A DNA stretch of 64,000 bases, taken from an uncultured Actinomycetes bacterium. Lineage in GTDB: Bacteria; Actinomycetota; UBA4738; HRBIN12. Positions 54,896 through 64,000 of the stretch are shown here, one piece after another. The stretch is from NCBI GenBank assembly GCA_963749895.1, contig CAVVOG010000003.1:63415-127414 (forward strand). Direction: 5' to 3'. The position numbers and the translations under genes are program-made. Every line of letters begins with the position of its first letter. The first letter of the stretch is position 1. Below the pieces are notes generated by a model. The model was not told where the DNA came from. It saw only the letters and a program-made list of their open reading frames with translations, and made no database searches.

Positions 54896-54954
54896 CTGCG
54901 CATCGTGCCCTCGGATGACGGATACCTGCAAGTGGGTTCGGGTATCGCCTTCGT

Positions 54955-54960
54955 TAGACT
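54955..54960 (+). promoter_or_regulatory. -10-like TAGACT, 9 nt upstream of ATG 54970
   Basis: Matches TANNNT, with no SD before the ATG. Confidence 0.3.
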
Positions 54961-54969
54961 CGGGCGCGC

Positions 54970-55371
54970 ATGGCGTCCACGCACCGCATCATCGTCGCGA
55001 AGCCCGGCCTCGACGGTCACGACCGTGGGGCGAAGATCGTGGCGCGAGCGCTCCGGGACGCGGGGTTCGAGGTCGTCTACACCGGGCTGCACCAGACGCC
55101 GGAGCAGATCGTCGAGACGGCGATCCAGGAGGACGCCGACGCGGTCGGGCTGTCGCTGCACTCGGGCGCGCACATGACGTTGTTCCCGAAGGTCGTGCGG
55201 CTGCTGCGTGAGGCAGGGGCCGACGACATCGTCGTGTTCGGCGGCGGGGTCATCCCCGCAGACGACATCCCGGCTCTGCAGGCCGAAGGCGTCGAGGCGA
55301 TCTTCACGCCGGGCGCCACGTCCGCCGAGATCGTGGACTGGCTCCGCGAACGGCTCGGCGACACCGACTGA
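54970..55371 (+). CDS. Stand-alone cobalamin-binding domain protein (methylmalonyl-CoA mutase C-terminal domain type)
   Basis: [29 protein letters not shown] (DxHxxG B12 motif) and GLSLHSGAH. Confidence 0.85.
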   Translation: MASTHRIIVAKPGLDGHDRGAKIVARALRDAGFEVVYTGLHQTPEQIVETAIQEDADAVGLSLHSGAHMTLFPKVVRLLREAGADDIVVFGGGVIPADDIPALQAEGVEAIFTPGATSAEIVDWLRERLGDTD

Positions 55372-55383
55372 TCAGGAGTTCGC

Positions 55384-56532
55384 ATGGATCTGTACGAGCA
55401 CATGGGCAAGGACCTGTTCCGCGCCTACGACATCCCGACGCCGCTCGGGCGGGTCTGCCGGACGCCCGGCGACGCGGCCGACGCCACGCAGGCGTTCGGC
55501 GGGAAGTCCGTGGTGAAGGTGCAGGTGCAGGTGGGGGGCCGTGGGAAGGGCGGCGGCGTCGTCCTGGTCGACTCGGCGCAGCGTGCGTCCGAGGAGGCCG
55601 CGCGGCTGATGCGCGACGGCTTCCAGGGCCACGAGGTCGACCGGGTGCTGGTCGAGGAGCTGCTGCCGATCCGCCGCGAGTTCTACACGTCGTTCCTGCT
55701 GGACCGCTCGAAGGGCGAGTACCTCGCGATGATGACGAGCGAGGGCGGTGTCGACATCGAGACGCTCGCGCACGAGCGGCCCGAGGCGATCCGCCGGGTC
55801 CACGTCGACCCGATGCTCGGGCTACGGAGCTATCACGTGCGCGAGCTGGTGGGCGTGCTGCCACCGGAGGCGCGCGAGGGCGCCGCGCAAGTGCTGCACA
55901 AGCTCTTCGAGATGCTCTGGGAGCGCGACGCGACCCTCGTCGAGGTGAACCCGCTCGTGCTGCTCGAGGACGGCCGGGTCGTGGCGCTCGACGCGAAGGT
56001 GACGATCGACGACAACGCGCTCGCGCGGCAGCCGGACCTGGCCGACCTGAAGAGGGAGTTCCCGATCGACCCGGTCGAGAAGCGCGCGAAGGACGCCGGT
56101 CTGCAGTACGTGAAGCTCGAGGGCGAGGTCGGGATCATCGGTAACGGCGCCGGGCTGGTGATGTCGACGCTCGACGTGGTCGCGCAGGCGGGCGCGAAGG
56201 CCGCGAACTTCCTGGACGTGGGGGGAGGGGCGAGCGCCGACACGATGGCGACCTCGCTCGAGGTGATCCTGTCGGACCCGGCGGTCAAGGCGGTCTTCAT
56301 CAACATCTTCGGGGGCATCACGCGGTGCGACGTCGTCGCGAACGGCGTGCTCGAGGCGCTCGGCCGCGTCGAGGCGACCGTCCCCCTGGTGCTCCGGCTC
56401 GACGGGACGAACGCCGAGGAGGGCCGGCGGATCATCGCCGAGGCGAACCATCCGGCGATCGTGAGCGTCCCGACGATGGACGAGGCCGCCGCGGAAGCCG
56501 CGCGCCTCGCGAAGGGCGGTGAGGCGGCATGA
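55384..56532 (+). CDS. sucC: Succinyl-CoA ligase beta subunit
   Basis: [29 protein letters not shown] and [14 protein letters not shown]. Confidence 0.95.
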   Translation: MDLYEHMGKDLFRAYDIPTPLGRVCRTPGDAADATQAFGGKSVVKVQVQVGGRGKGGGVVLVDSAQRASEEAARLMRDGFQGHEVDRVLVEELLPIRREFYTSFLLDRSKGEYLAMMTSEGGVDIETLAHERPEAIRRVHVDPMLGLRSYHVRELVGVLPPEAREGAAQVLHKLFEMLWERDATLVEVNPLVLLEDGRVVALDAKVTIDDNALARQPDLADLKREFPIDPVEKRAKDAGLQYVKLEGEVGIIGNGAGLVMSTLDVVAQAGAKAANFLDVGGGASADTMATSLEVILSDPAVKAVFINIFGGITRCDVVANGVLEALGRVEATVPLVLRLDGTNAEEGRRIIAEANHPAIVSVPTMDEAAAEAARLAKGGEAA

Positions 56533-57398
56533 GCGTGCTGATCGGCACCGACACGAAGCTCGTGGTGCAAGGCATCACGGGGAGCGAGGGGACCTTCCAC
56601 ACCCTGCGCAACCGCGACTACGGGACGCAGGTCGTCGCCGGGGTCACGCCCGGGAAGGCCGGGCAGGACGTCGACGGCATCCCGGTGTTCGACACCGTCG
56701 CCGACGCTGCCCGCGAGACCGGCGCGAACACGTCGATGATCTTCGTCCCGCCGCGGTTCGCGGGCGAGGCGATCCTCGAGGCGGCCGACGCCGGGCTCGA
56801 CCTGGTCGTGTGCATCACCGAGGGCATCCCGGTCCGCGACATGGCCGAGGTCCACTCCTACGTGAAAGGGACGTCGACCACGCTCGTGGGGCCGAACTGC
56901 CCGGGCGTGATCAGCCCCGGGAAGGCGAACGTCGGGATCATCCCCGGCGAGGTCTGCTCGCCCGGGCGCGTCGGGTTCGTCAGCCGTTCCGGGACGCTCG
57001 TCTACCAGATCGTCCACGAGCTCACGTCGAACGGGATCGGGCAGTCGACCTGCATCGGGATGGGCGGGGACCCGGTCCACGGGATCGGGTTCATCGAGTC
57101 CCTGACGATGTTCGAGGCTGACCCCGAGACCGACCTGATCATCATGACCGGCGAGATCGGGGGCGACGACGAGGAGCGTGCTGCCTCCTACGTCGCCGAG
57201 CACGTCACGAAGCCGGTGGTCGCCTACATCGCCGGGTTCGAGGCGCCGCCGGGCAAGCGCATGGGCCACGCCGGCGCGATCGTGACCGGCTCCAGCGGCA
57301 CCGCCGTCGCGAAGGCCGAGGCGCTCGAGGCGGTGGGCGTGCAGGTCGGGCGGACCCCGTCGCAGGTCGCGAGGATCGTAGCCGAGCACCTGACCTGA
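56529..57398 (+). CDS. sucD: Succinyl-CoA ligase alpha subunit
   Basis: [21 protein letters not shown] and GHAGAIV (phospho-His). ATGA overlap with sucC. Confidence 0.95.
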   Translation: MSVLIGTDTKLVVQGITGSEGTFHTLRNRDYGTQVVAGVTPGKAGQDVDGIPVFDTVADAARETGANTSMIFVPPRFAGEAILEAADAGLDLVVCITEGIPVRDMAEVHSYVKGTSTTLVGPNCPGVISPGKANVGIIPGEVCSPGRVGFVSRSGTLVYQIVHELTSNGIGQSTCIGMGGDPVHGIGFIESLTMFEADPETDLIIMTGEIGGDDEERAASYVAEHVTKPVVAYIAGFEAPPGKRMGHAGAIVTGSSGTAVAKAEALEAVGVQVGRTPSQVARIVAEHLT

Positions 57399-58642
57399 TG
57401 AGCGCGGGGGGACCGACGCGCGCCGAGATCCCTCCGGACACAAGGCCGAGCGCGCTGGCCCTCCACGGCTTCCGTCGTGGGACCCTGCTGGTGTTCCTGC
57501 CCGTCGCGCTCGCGGGGCAGGCGCTGGCCTGGGCCGGGTACCTGATCTCCGGCGCGTACGGGCCCGTCTCGTGGCTGAAGATCGGGTTCGCGTACGCGCT
57601 CACGAGCGTCCGGGTGCCCTTCGAGGTGACCCAACGGGACCTCGGGGGACCCGAGGCCGCGAGGACCGAGACGATGGAGGTCGCGCTCGGCGCCTTGACG
57701 GTCGCCGTCGTCGTGCTCGCGTTCCGAGCCGGCCGCGATCAGGCGCGAGGTCTCGAGCGCCGACCGCTCGCCGCCGCTGCATCGGGCGCGGTCGTCGGGG
57801 TGGGGTTCGCCGTCCCGTCGCTGCTGATCGCGGTCCCGGTCCGGCTGGCGTTCCCGGGCGTCGGGCTGGCGTCGGTGCGGCCGGTCCTGTGGGCGGCGTT
57901 CGCGGTGCCGCTCGTCGTCGGCTCGGCGATCGGCGCCGCCGGGGGTCTGGCGGCCTCGCGGGAGCGGCTCGAAGTCTCGACGTGGGGCGAACGGGTCGTC
58001 GCGGGGGTCCGCGGCGGGACCACGGCGCTGTGGACCGGGCTCGCGCTGGCGTTCCTCGTCTTCCTGCTGGTCGCGGCCGTCCAGACGGGGGTCACGCGCG
58101 CGTACGGCCGCGCGATGGGTGGTGCCGGCGCCGGGGGCGCCGTCGCGGTGGTCCATCACGCCCTGCTGCTGCCGAACCAGTCGGCGATGGTCTTGTCGGC
58201 GTCGATGGGCTCGCCGGTGGAGTTCACGGCCGGGACGCGGGGCGCCACGATCGGGATCGCGGGGATCGATCGCACCGGCGAGGGATCGCTGCTGTTCGGG
58301 TTGATCGGGCTGGATGAGGGCCGCCTGGGGCTGCCGGCGTGGTTCTGGGTCTTCCTGGCGGTGCCGCTCGTCGCGACGATCGCCGGGGGGCGGCGCGCCG
58401 GCGAGGGCGCCCGATCACCTCTGGCACGGACCGCGTCCGGCGCCCTCGCCGGCGCGGTCTACGCGCTCGGGGTGACCCTGACGGCCTGGGCGGCGACGCT
58501 CGTCGTCCCGGTCCTCACGGCGTTGTTCGGGGGGCCGGCGCGGCTCGGACCGGACCTGGGCCGGACGTTCGTGCTCGCCCTGGCGTGGGGACTCGCGGGA
58601 TGTTCGGCGGGGGCGCTCGTCAGTCCGAGACGACCTCGGTGA
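57398..58642 (+). CDS. Polytopic membrane protein (PerM/DUF6350-like by synteny)
   Basis: About 10 hydrophobic segments. It sits between sucD and purN, as M. tuberculosis perM does. The family call is inferred from synteny. Confidence 0.6.
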   Translation: MSAGGPTRAEIPPDTRPSALALHGFRRGTLLVFLPVALAGQALAWAGYLISGAYGPVSWLKIGFAYALTSVRVPFEVTQRDLGGPEAARTETMEVALGALTVAVVVLAFRAGRDQARGLERRPLAAAASGAVVGVGFAVPSLLIAVPVRLAFPGVGLASVRPVLWAAFAVPLVVGSAIGAAGGLAASRERLEVSTWGERVVAGVRGGTTALWTGLALAFLVFLLVAAVQTGVTRAYGRAMGGAGAGGAVAVVHHALLLPNQSAMVLSASMGSPVEFTAGTRGATIGIAGIDRTGEGSLLFGLIGLDEGRLGLPAWFWVFLAVPLVATIAGGRRAGEGARSPLARTASGALAGAVYALGVTLTAWAATLVVPVLTALFGGPARLGPDLGRTFVLALAWGLAGCSAGALVSPRRPR

Positions 58643-59324
58643 AGTTGTCCTCGATCTGCGTGTAGCGCCGCCAGGCCTGCGCCCACCCGTCGTCGGTGCG
58701 CGGGAAGCGCTCCACCGGAGCAGAGGGGTCCTGGCGGTCCCAGATCCCGAAGAAGTCGGCGCCGTAGCCCAGCAGGTACCGCGTGCCGCTGTGCGTGTAC
58801 TTCACGGCCTCGGCGTCGGCGGCGCCCGGTGCCGAGGTAGGGCCCGGCGTCGAGGTAGGGCCCGATGTGGCGCCACCCTCGGCGGGCACCTCGACGTGCT
58901 TCGGTTCGAGGGCGACGAACCGGAGCCACGCGTCGCGCCACCCCTCGTCCGTGCGGGGGAACGTCTCGGCCGGCGTGCTCGGGGACTGTCGATCCCAGAT
59001 CCCGAAGTGGTCCGGGTCGTAGCCGAGGACGTAGCGGTAGCCCGAATGCGAATAGCGCACGGTGGCGTCGGTCGACGTCGCCCCGGCCGGGGCCCCGGCG
59101 GCATCGTCGGAGGTCGACGTCGTCTCAGGCGTTGAGCTGGACGCCTCGTTCGCGCCCCACGGGGTGGCGGCGGGTGTCGGGCTCGGCGCCGGTGCGGACG
59201 CCGAGGTCGACTGGGGCCGCTGGCCGAGCGCCTCCTGCTTCGGGACCGTGAGGTCGCTGAAGCAGTAGCGGCACTTGATCGCCTCGTCCTGGATCTCTTC
59301 CGCGCAGTAGGGGCACTTCTTCAC
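58620..59324 (-). CDS. Zinc-ribbon protein with two tandem ~50-aa repeats
   Basis: [21 protein letters not shown], a low-complexity linker, then [45 protein letters not shown] and [45 protein letters not shown]. Confidence 0.7.
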   Translation of the reverse strand: MKKCPYCAEEIQDEAIKCRYCFSDLTVPKQEALGQRPQSTSASAPAPSPTPAATPWGANEASSSTPETTSTSDDAAGAPAGATSTDATVRYSHSGYRYVLGYDPDHFGIWDRQSPSTPAETFPRTDEGWRDAWLRFVALEPKHVEVPAEGGATSGPTSTPGPTSAPGAADAEAVKYTHSGTRYLLGYGADFFGIWDRQDPSAPVERFPRTDDGWAQAWRRYTQIEDNFTEVVSD

Positions 59325-59407
59325 GGTCGTCCTCCACCTGTGGGGTCGCGGTCAGGATACCCCGGCGGTGTCGTCGGGAGAGCCGAGCTCGCGCGGCGCT
59401 GGGTAGC

Positions 59408-60058
59408 ATGGCGGCCTCGATGGACGGTCGCGTGGCGGTGCTGGTATCCGGGGGAGGGACGAACCTCCAGGCGCTGCTGGACGACCCTCTGGTCGCCCCC
59501 TCGATCGCCCTGGTGGTGTCCGATCGCCCCGGCGTTCGCGCGCTCGAGCGGGCCGCCGACCGCGGTGTCCCCTCCGCGGTCGTCGATCCCGCGGACCATC
59601 CCGACCGGGCAGCCTGGGAACACGCACTGCTCGGCACGCTGCGGGAGCACGACGTGGACGCGATCGTGTCAGCGGGGTGGATGCGGCTGCTGGGAGGCAC
59701 CGTGCTCGGGGCGTTCCCGGATCGCGTCCTGAACGTCCACCCGGCGCTGCTGCCGTCGTTCCCGGGGATGCACGGGGTCCGCGACGCGCTCGCGTACCGG
59801 GTCAAGGTCACGGGGGTCACGGTCCACCTGGTCGACGAAGGGACCGACACCGGACCGATCGTGCTCCAGGAGCCGGTCGAGATCCGCGACGACGACGACT
59901 GGGACTCGCTCGAGCCGCGTATCCACGCCGTCGAACACCGGCTGCTCCCGCGGGCCGTTCGGGCGTTGCTGGAAGGGCGCTTGGTCGTGGAAGGTCGGCT
60001 CGTGCGGATCGTGGAGCCATCCGACCCCGAGCGCGGGCTGGAGCCCGCGGGAACCTGA
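59408..60058 (+). CDS. purN: Phosphoribosylglycinamide formyltransferase
   Basis: VAVLVSGGGTNLQAL, NVHPALLPSFPG and TVHLVDEGTDTGPI. Start is 59408 or 59420. Confidence 0.93.
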   Translation: MAASMDGRVAVLVSGGGTNLQALLDDPLVAPSIALVVSDRPGVRALERAADRGVPSAVVDPADHPDRAAWEHALLGTLREHDVDAIVSAGWMRLLGGTVLGAFPDRVLNVHPALLPSFPGMHGVRDALAYRVKVTGVTVHLVDEGTDTGPIVLQEPVEIRDDDDWDSLEPRIHAVEHRLLPRAVRALLEGRLVVEGRLVRIVEPSDPERGLEPAGT

Positions 60059-60068
60059 GGAGGCGCAG

Positions 60069-61607
60069 ATGAGCGTGCAGGGAGAGGTCCGTCGGGCGTT
60101 GCTCGCGGTCTACGACAAGGGTGGCGTGGTCGAGCTGGCTCAAGGGCTCCGTGAGTTGGGGGTCGAGCTGGTCTCCAGCGGCGGCACGGCCGCGACGCTG
60201 CGAGGCGCCGGTGTCGAGGTCACCGAGGTCGCCGAGGTCACCGGGTTCCCCGAGATGCTCGACGGCCGCGTCAAGACGCTCCACCCGAAGATCCATGCCG
60301 GACTCCTGGCCGATCGCCGCAAGCCTGAGCACGTGGAGCAGCTGGCTGCGCAGGGGATCGAACCGTTCGACCTGGTCGTCGTGAACCTCTATCCCTTCCG
60401 CGAGACCGTCGCCAGCGGCGCCGGGTTCGACGACGTGATCGAGAAGATCGACATCGGCGGTCCGGCGATGGTGCGCGCCTCGGCGAAGAACTTCGAGTCC
60501 GTCGCGGTCGTCGTGAACCCCGGCCGGTACGACGCGATCCTCGACGAGCTCCGCACGAAGGGCGCGATCACCCGCGAGACGCGCCAGACGCTCGCCGCCG
60601 AGGCGTTCGCCCACACCGCCGCGTACGACGCGGCCGTCGCGGGGTGGTTCGCGTCGCAGGACGCGGAGGGGCTTCCGGCGTTCGTCGGCCTCGCCCTCGA
60701 GAAGGTCCAGGACCTCCGGTACGGGGAGAACCCCCATCAGCGCGGCGCGTTGTTCCGCGAGGCCGCGGGACCGGGGGTCCTCGGCGGCGCCGAGGTCCTG
60801 CAGGGCAAGGAGATGTCGTTCAACAACTGGCTCGACGCCTGGGCCGCCTACGACCTGGTGGGGGCGCTCCCCGCGCAGGCCTGCGTGATCGTCAAGCACA
60901 ACAACCCCTGCGGCGTCGCGGCGAGGGACACGCTGGCCGGCTCCTACGGGGCGGCCCACGCATGCGACCCGGTGAGCGCGTTCGGCGGCATCGTCGCGTT
61001 CCACGGGACCTGTGACGAGGCCGCGGCCGACGCGATGCGCGAGGTCTTCACGGAGGTCGTGATCGCGCCCGCGTACACGGAGGACGCGCTCGCGGCGTTC
61101 GCGGAGCGTCAGAACCTCCGCGTCGTTCGGGCGCCGATCGCGCAGGTGACCGGCTGGGACGTCCGCACGATGCCCGGCGGGGCGCTCGTGCAGGATCTCG
61201 ACGCCGTCCACGAGACCCGTGCCGACTGGCAGGTCGTGTCCTCGCGCGAGCCCACCGAGCAGGAGTGGTACGACCTCGAGCTCGCGTGGACGATCGCGTG
61301 GCGCGTGAAGTCGAACACGATCGTGCTGGTGAAGGACGGCGCGACGGTCGGCGTGGGTGCCGGGCAGATGTCGCGCGTGGATTCGTCGTGGATCGCCTCG
61401 CGGAAGGCGGGGGAGCGCGCCGCGGGCTCCGTCGTCGCGTCCGACGCGTTCTTCCCGTTCCCCGACGCGCTGGAGGTCGCCGCCGATGCCGGCGCGACGG
61501 CCGTGATCCACCCCGGTGGATCGAAGGGCGACGAGGAGGTCCTGAGGACCGCCGAGGCCCGCGGGATGGCCGTCGTGCTCACCGGGGTGCGCCACTTCCG
61601 ACACTGA
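60069..61607 (+). CDS. purH: Bifunctional AICAR transformylase / IMP cyclohydrolase
   Basis: ALLAVYDKGG, GRVKTLHPKIHAG, VVVNLYPF and VIHPGGSKGDEEV. Confidence 0.97.
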   Translation: MSVQGEVRRALLAVYDKGGVVELAQGLRELGVELVSSGGTAATLRGAGVEVTEVAEVTGFPEMLDGRVKTLHPKIHAGLLADRRKPEHVEQLAAQGIEPFDLVVVNLYPFRETVASGAGFDDVIEKIDIGGPAMVRASAKNFESVAVVVNPGRYDAILDELRTKGAITRETRQTLAAEAFAHTAAYDAAVAGWFASQDAEGLPAFVGLALEKVQDLRYGENPHQRGALFREAAGPGVLGGAEVLQGKEMSFNNWLDAWAAYDLVGALPAQACVIVKHNNPCGVAARDTLAGSYGAAHACDPVSAFGGIVAFHGTCDEAAADAMREVFTEVVIAPAYTEDALAAFAERQNLRVVRAPIAQVTGWDVRTMPGGALVQDLDAVHETRADWQVVSSREPTEQEWYDLELAWTIAWRVKSNTIVLVKDGATVGVGAGQMSRVDSSWIASRKAGERAAGSVVASDAFFPFPDALEVAADAGATAVIHPGGSKGDEEVLRTAEARGMAVVLTGVRHFRH

Positions 61608-61640
61608 CCGTCGGGCCGGGGCCATCCGTGGTCGGGCGGC

Positions 61641-61646
61641 TAGGAT
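61641..61646 (+). promoter_or_regulatory. -10-like TAGGAT, 7 nt upstream of ATG 61654 (leaderless-type folD start)
   Basis: GCTAGGATGCC. The same 11-mer occurs at 27941-27951, upstream of the AlkP-cysC pair. Confidence 0.4.
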
Positions 61647-61653
61647 GCCGCGC

Positions 61654-62514
61654 ATGACTGCGAGGATCATCGACGGCAAGGCGATCGCGGCCCAGGTCCG
61701 GGCCGACGTCGCGGTGAAGGTGGCGGCGCTCCAGGCTCGCGGGGTGACCCCCGGGCTCGCGGCGGTCCTGGTGGGGGACGACCCCGCCTCCCACGTCTAC
61801 GTGGGTTCGAAGGAACGGGCCTGCGCGGAGGTGGGGATGTACTCGGAGCGGGTCGAGCTGCCCGCCGACACCTCGCAGGAGGCCGTGATCGCCGAGATCG
61901 AGCGGCTGAGCGCCGACCCGCGGATCAGCGGGATGATCGTCCAGCTCCCGGTCCCCGGCCACATCTCCGAGCTCGCCCTGCAGATGGCGGTCGCCCCCGA
62001 GAAGGACGTCGATTGCCTCGGGCCGACGAACGTCGGACTCATGGCGCGCGGGGCGGGTCTCTTGCTGCCGGCCACGCCGTTCGGCGTGGTCGAGTTGCTC
62101 GTCCGAGACGGCCACGAGATCGAGGGCAAGGACGTCGTGATCGTCGGGCGGAGCGGCCTCGTCGGGCTCCCGCTCGCCCTCATGCTCGCCCAGAAGAACG
62201 ACCGCGCGAACGCCACCGTCACCGTCGTGCACACGCGGACGACCGACATGGCCGCCCACACGCGGCGGGCGGACATCCTGGTCGTCGCGGCCGGCGTCCC
62301 GAACGCGGTGACCGCCGACATGGTGAAGCCCGGCGCGGTCGTGATCGACGTCGGGATCAATCGGACCGAGTCGGGTCTCGTCGGCGACGTGGACTTCGAC
62401 GGTGTGAAGGAGGTCGCCGGCGCGATCACGCCGGTACCGGGGGGGGTCGGGCTGATGACCGTCGCGATGCTCCTGGTCAACACCGTGAACGCCGCGGAGG
62501 CGCAGGCCGGGTGA
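61654..62514 (+). CDS. folD: Methylenetetrahydrofolate dehydrogenase / methenyl-THF cyclohydrolase
   Basis: MTARIIDGKAIA, LAAVLVGDDPASHVYV, VVIVGRSGLVGLPLA and TPVPGGVGLMTVAML. An alternative ATG lies at 61645. Confidence 0.93.
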   Translation: MTARIIDGKAIAAQVRADVAVKVAALQARGVTPGLAAVLVGDDPASHVYVGSKERACAEVGMYSERVELPADTSQEAVIAEIERLSADPRISGMIVQLPVPGHISELALQMAVAPEKDVDCLGPTNVGLMARGAGLLLPATPFGVVELLVRDGHEIEGKDVVIVGRSGLVGLPLALMLAQKNDRANATVTVVHTRTTDMAAHTRRADILVVAAGVPNAVTADMVKPGAVVIDVGINRTESGLVGDVDFDGVKEVAGAITPVPGGVGLMTVAMLLVNTVNAAEAQAG

Positions 62515-63431
62515 GCGCCCGCCGCGGCCGGCTCGCCGCGCTGCTCGGGGCGGGGCGGTTCGTCGTCACGAGCGAGGTCGTCCCGCCGCGGTCCGCGTCC
62601 GGTGGCGCCGTGACCGAGCGGGCGCAGGGGCTCGTGGGATACGTCGACGCCGTGAACGTCACCGACAACCCGACCGCGAGCGCCCACATGTCGCCGCTCG
62701 CGGGTGCCCGGTTCGTCGCCTCCGCCGGGATCGAGCCGACGCTCCAGCTGACGGCGCGCGACCGGAACCGGCTGGGGCTCACGGCTGACCTGCTCGGCGG
62801 ATGGGCGCTGGGGGCCCGCAACCTGATGTGCCTCAGCGGGGACCCGGTCGCGATCGGTGACCATCCCGAGGCCGTGAAGGTCGACGACCTGTCCGTGAAC
62901 GAGCTCGTCTCCCTCGCCCGGCGTCTTCGCGACGACGGCACGACGTTGGCCGGTGCCGAGGTCGACGATCCGCCCGCGTACACGATCGGGGTGGCCGACG
63001 TGCCCCTCGCCGATCCGTACGACCCGGCGAGGCTGGAGGGCAAGCTCGACGCGGGTGCCGAGCTGATCTGGACCCAGATCGCCTACGACGTCGAGGCCCT
63101 CGCGGGGTGGGCCGACACGCTCCGTGCCCGCGGGGTGTTCGAGCGAGCGAAGGTCCTCGTCGGGCTGGTCCCGCTCCGGAGCGCCTCCCAGGCGTCGTTC
63201 ATGGCTGAGAAGCTCCCCGGCGTGCGGGTCCCCGAACGGTTCGTGGCGACGCTGCAGGCCGCGGGCGAGGACGCCGAGTCCGTGGGGACCGAGCTCACGG
63301 TCGACGTCGTACGGGCCGTCCGGGAGCTCCCGGGGGTCGCGGGCGTGCACGTGATGGGGATGGGGCGCGACGACCTGGTGCGCGCGGTGATCGGAGGCGC
63401 CGGGCTGTTCCCGCGTCCTGCGGCCCCCTGA
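62511..63431 (+). CDS. metF: Methylenetetrahydrofolate reductase family protein
   Basis: GTG 62511 overlaps the folD stop (GTGA). FVVTSEVVPPR, VNVTDNPTASAHMS and LMCLSGDP blocks. Confidence 0.75.
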   Translation: MSARRGRLAALLGAGRFVVTSEVVPPRSASGGAVTERAQGLVGYVDAVNVTDNPTASAHMSPLAGARFVASAGIEPTLQLTARDRNRLGLTADLLGGWALGARNLMCLSGDPVAIGDHPEAVKVDDLSVNELVSLARRLRDDGTTLAGAEVDDPPAYTIGVADVPLADPYDPARLEGKLDAGAELIWTQIAYDVEALAGWADTLRARGVFERAKVLVGLVPLRSASQASFMAEKLPGVRVPERFVATLQAAGEDAESVGTELTVDVVRAVRELPGVAGVHVMGMGRDDLVRAVIGGAGLFPRPAAP

Positions 63432-63435
63432 GCCC

Positions 63436-64000
63436 TCAGCCGCGATCGTCGATCGGGACGTAGACGCGGTCGGTCGGTCCCACGTAGTCCGAGCCCGGGC
63501 GGATGATCCGGTTGTTCGCGTACTGCTCGCGGATGTGCGCGGTCCAGCCGGCCATCCGGGCGAGCGCGAACAAGGGCGTCATCAGGTCGGTCGGGATGCC
63601 CAGGACGTGGTACACGCCGGCCGCGTAGAGGTCCACGTTCGGATAGAGGCCCTTCTGCTCGAAGGTCGTGGCCTCGAGCGCCTCGAAGATGTCCGTCCAG
63701 ATCGGCTCGCCGCGTCGCTCGCCGAGATCCCGGGACATCTCCTTGAGCACCGTGGCGCGCGGGTCCATCGTCCGGTAGACGGCGTGCCCGAACCCCATGA
63801 TCTTCCCGTGGGCCTCCAGGCGTTCCTGCACGTAGGCCTCGGCGTTCTCGGGCTTCCCGACCTCCTGGGCCATCTTCATCGACTCCTCGTTCGCGCCGCC
63901 GTGTAGCGGGCCCTTCAGGGCGCCGATGCCTGCCGTGACGGCCGAGAACATGTCGGACAGGGTCGAGGCGACCACCCGCGCGGTGAAGGTCGAGGCGTTC
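63436..64000 (-). CDS. Citrate synthase, C-terminal part (gene continues beyond window end)
   Basis: GALKGPLHGGANE, GFGHAVYRTMDPRA and GWTAHIREQ. The reading frame is open to position 64000. Confidence 0.9.
   Translation of the reverse strand, partial: NASTFTARVVASTLSDMFSAVTAGIGALKGPLHGGANEESMKMAQEVGKPENAEAYVQERLEAHGKIMGFGHAVYRTMDPRATVLKEMSRDLGERRGEPIWTDIFEALEATTFEQKGLYPNVDLYAAGVYHVLGIPTDLMTPLFALARMAGWTAHIREQYANNRIIRPGSDYVGPTDRVYVPIDDRG

Noticed and set aside
59340-59407. Possible ZTP (pfl) riboswitch upstream of purN: GGGGTCGCGGTCAGG ... CGGCGCTGGGT resembles GGGUCGUGACUGG ... CCGCCUGGGC.
   Set aside because: The match is only partial. The conserved UGGCG/GGGAAACC core is not present, and the 83-nt divergent spacer must also hold two promoters. 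An Infernal scan with RF01750 would settle it.

Overview
High-GC (spot counts of 60-nt lines about 67-72% GC), almost fully coding window of actinobacterial type, judged from class E sortase, guaB3, His-tailed groEL1-type chaperonin, sucCD-PerM-like-purNH synteny and many leaderless-looking starts. No rRNA, tRNA, CRISPR array, transposase or integrase was recognised. Layout: (1) 0.4-24.3 kb is a complete Wzx/Wzy-dependent polysaccharide locus. It has a priming sugar-phosphate transferase, GT26, GT4 and GT2 glycosyltransferases, a GDP-mannose-3,5-epimerase-like enzyme, UDP-glucose dehydrogenase, UDP-xylose synthase, a Wzy-like polymerase, a Wzx flippase and a Wzz/BY-kinase. Interleaved with these are SIX separate PAPS-type sulfotransferase genes, a truncated pyruvate-kinase-like gene, a cytoplasmic beta-propeller-like protein, a Tat-secreted GH26-like hydrolase and two secreted beta-propeller proteins. 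This is my main candidate for an undescribed system: a heavily sulfated exopolysaccharide containing L-sugar, xylose and glucuronate in a monoderm. (2) 24.3-32.2 kb holds CIRCE-groES-groEL, a Leu/Val-type dehydrogenase, an AlkP-family phosphodiesterase translationally coupled to APS kinase cysC (the PAPS supply), a Kv-type K+ channel and guaB3. (3) 32.3-35.0 kb is a lower-GC island with an ECF sigma operon, two paralogous membrane-anchored Cys-containing two-repeat proteins and an RTX-like Ca-binding protein. (4) 35.3-44.4 kb holds vapBC, guaA, sortase E, an alpha/beta hydrolase, a PAS-GGDEF-EAL protein and pcrA. (5) 44.4-54.9 kb holds a DMFase-beta-like protein with a small membrane ORF and an RTX gene relic. 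It then carries a head-to-tail array of six LipJ-like (alpha/beta-hydrolase + class III cyclase) paralogues: three intact, one with the cyclase deleted, one frameshifted, and one decayed and fused to a TPR/SBP5 sensor gene. (6) 55-64 kb holds a B12-binding MCM domain, sucCD, a PerM-like membrane protein, a zinc-ribbon repeat protein, purN, purH, folD, a metF-like gene and a partial citrate synthase. All family calls come from motif recognition by eye; no database search was run.
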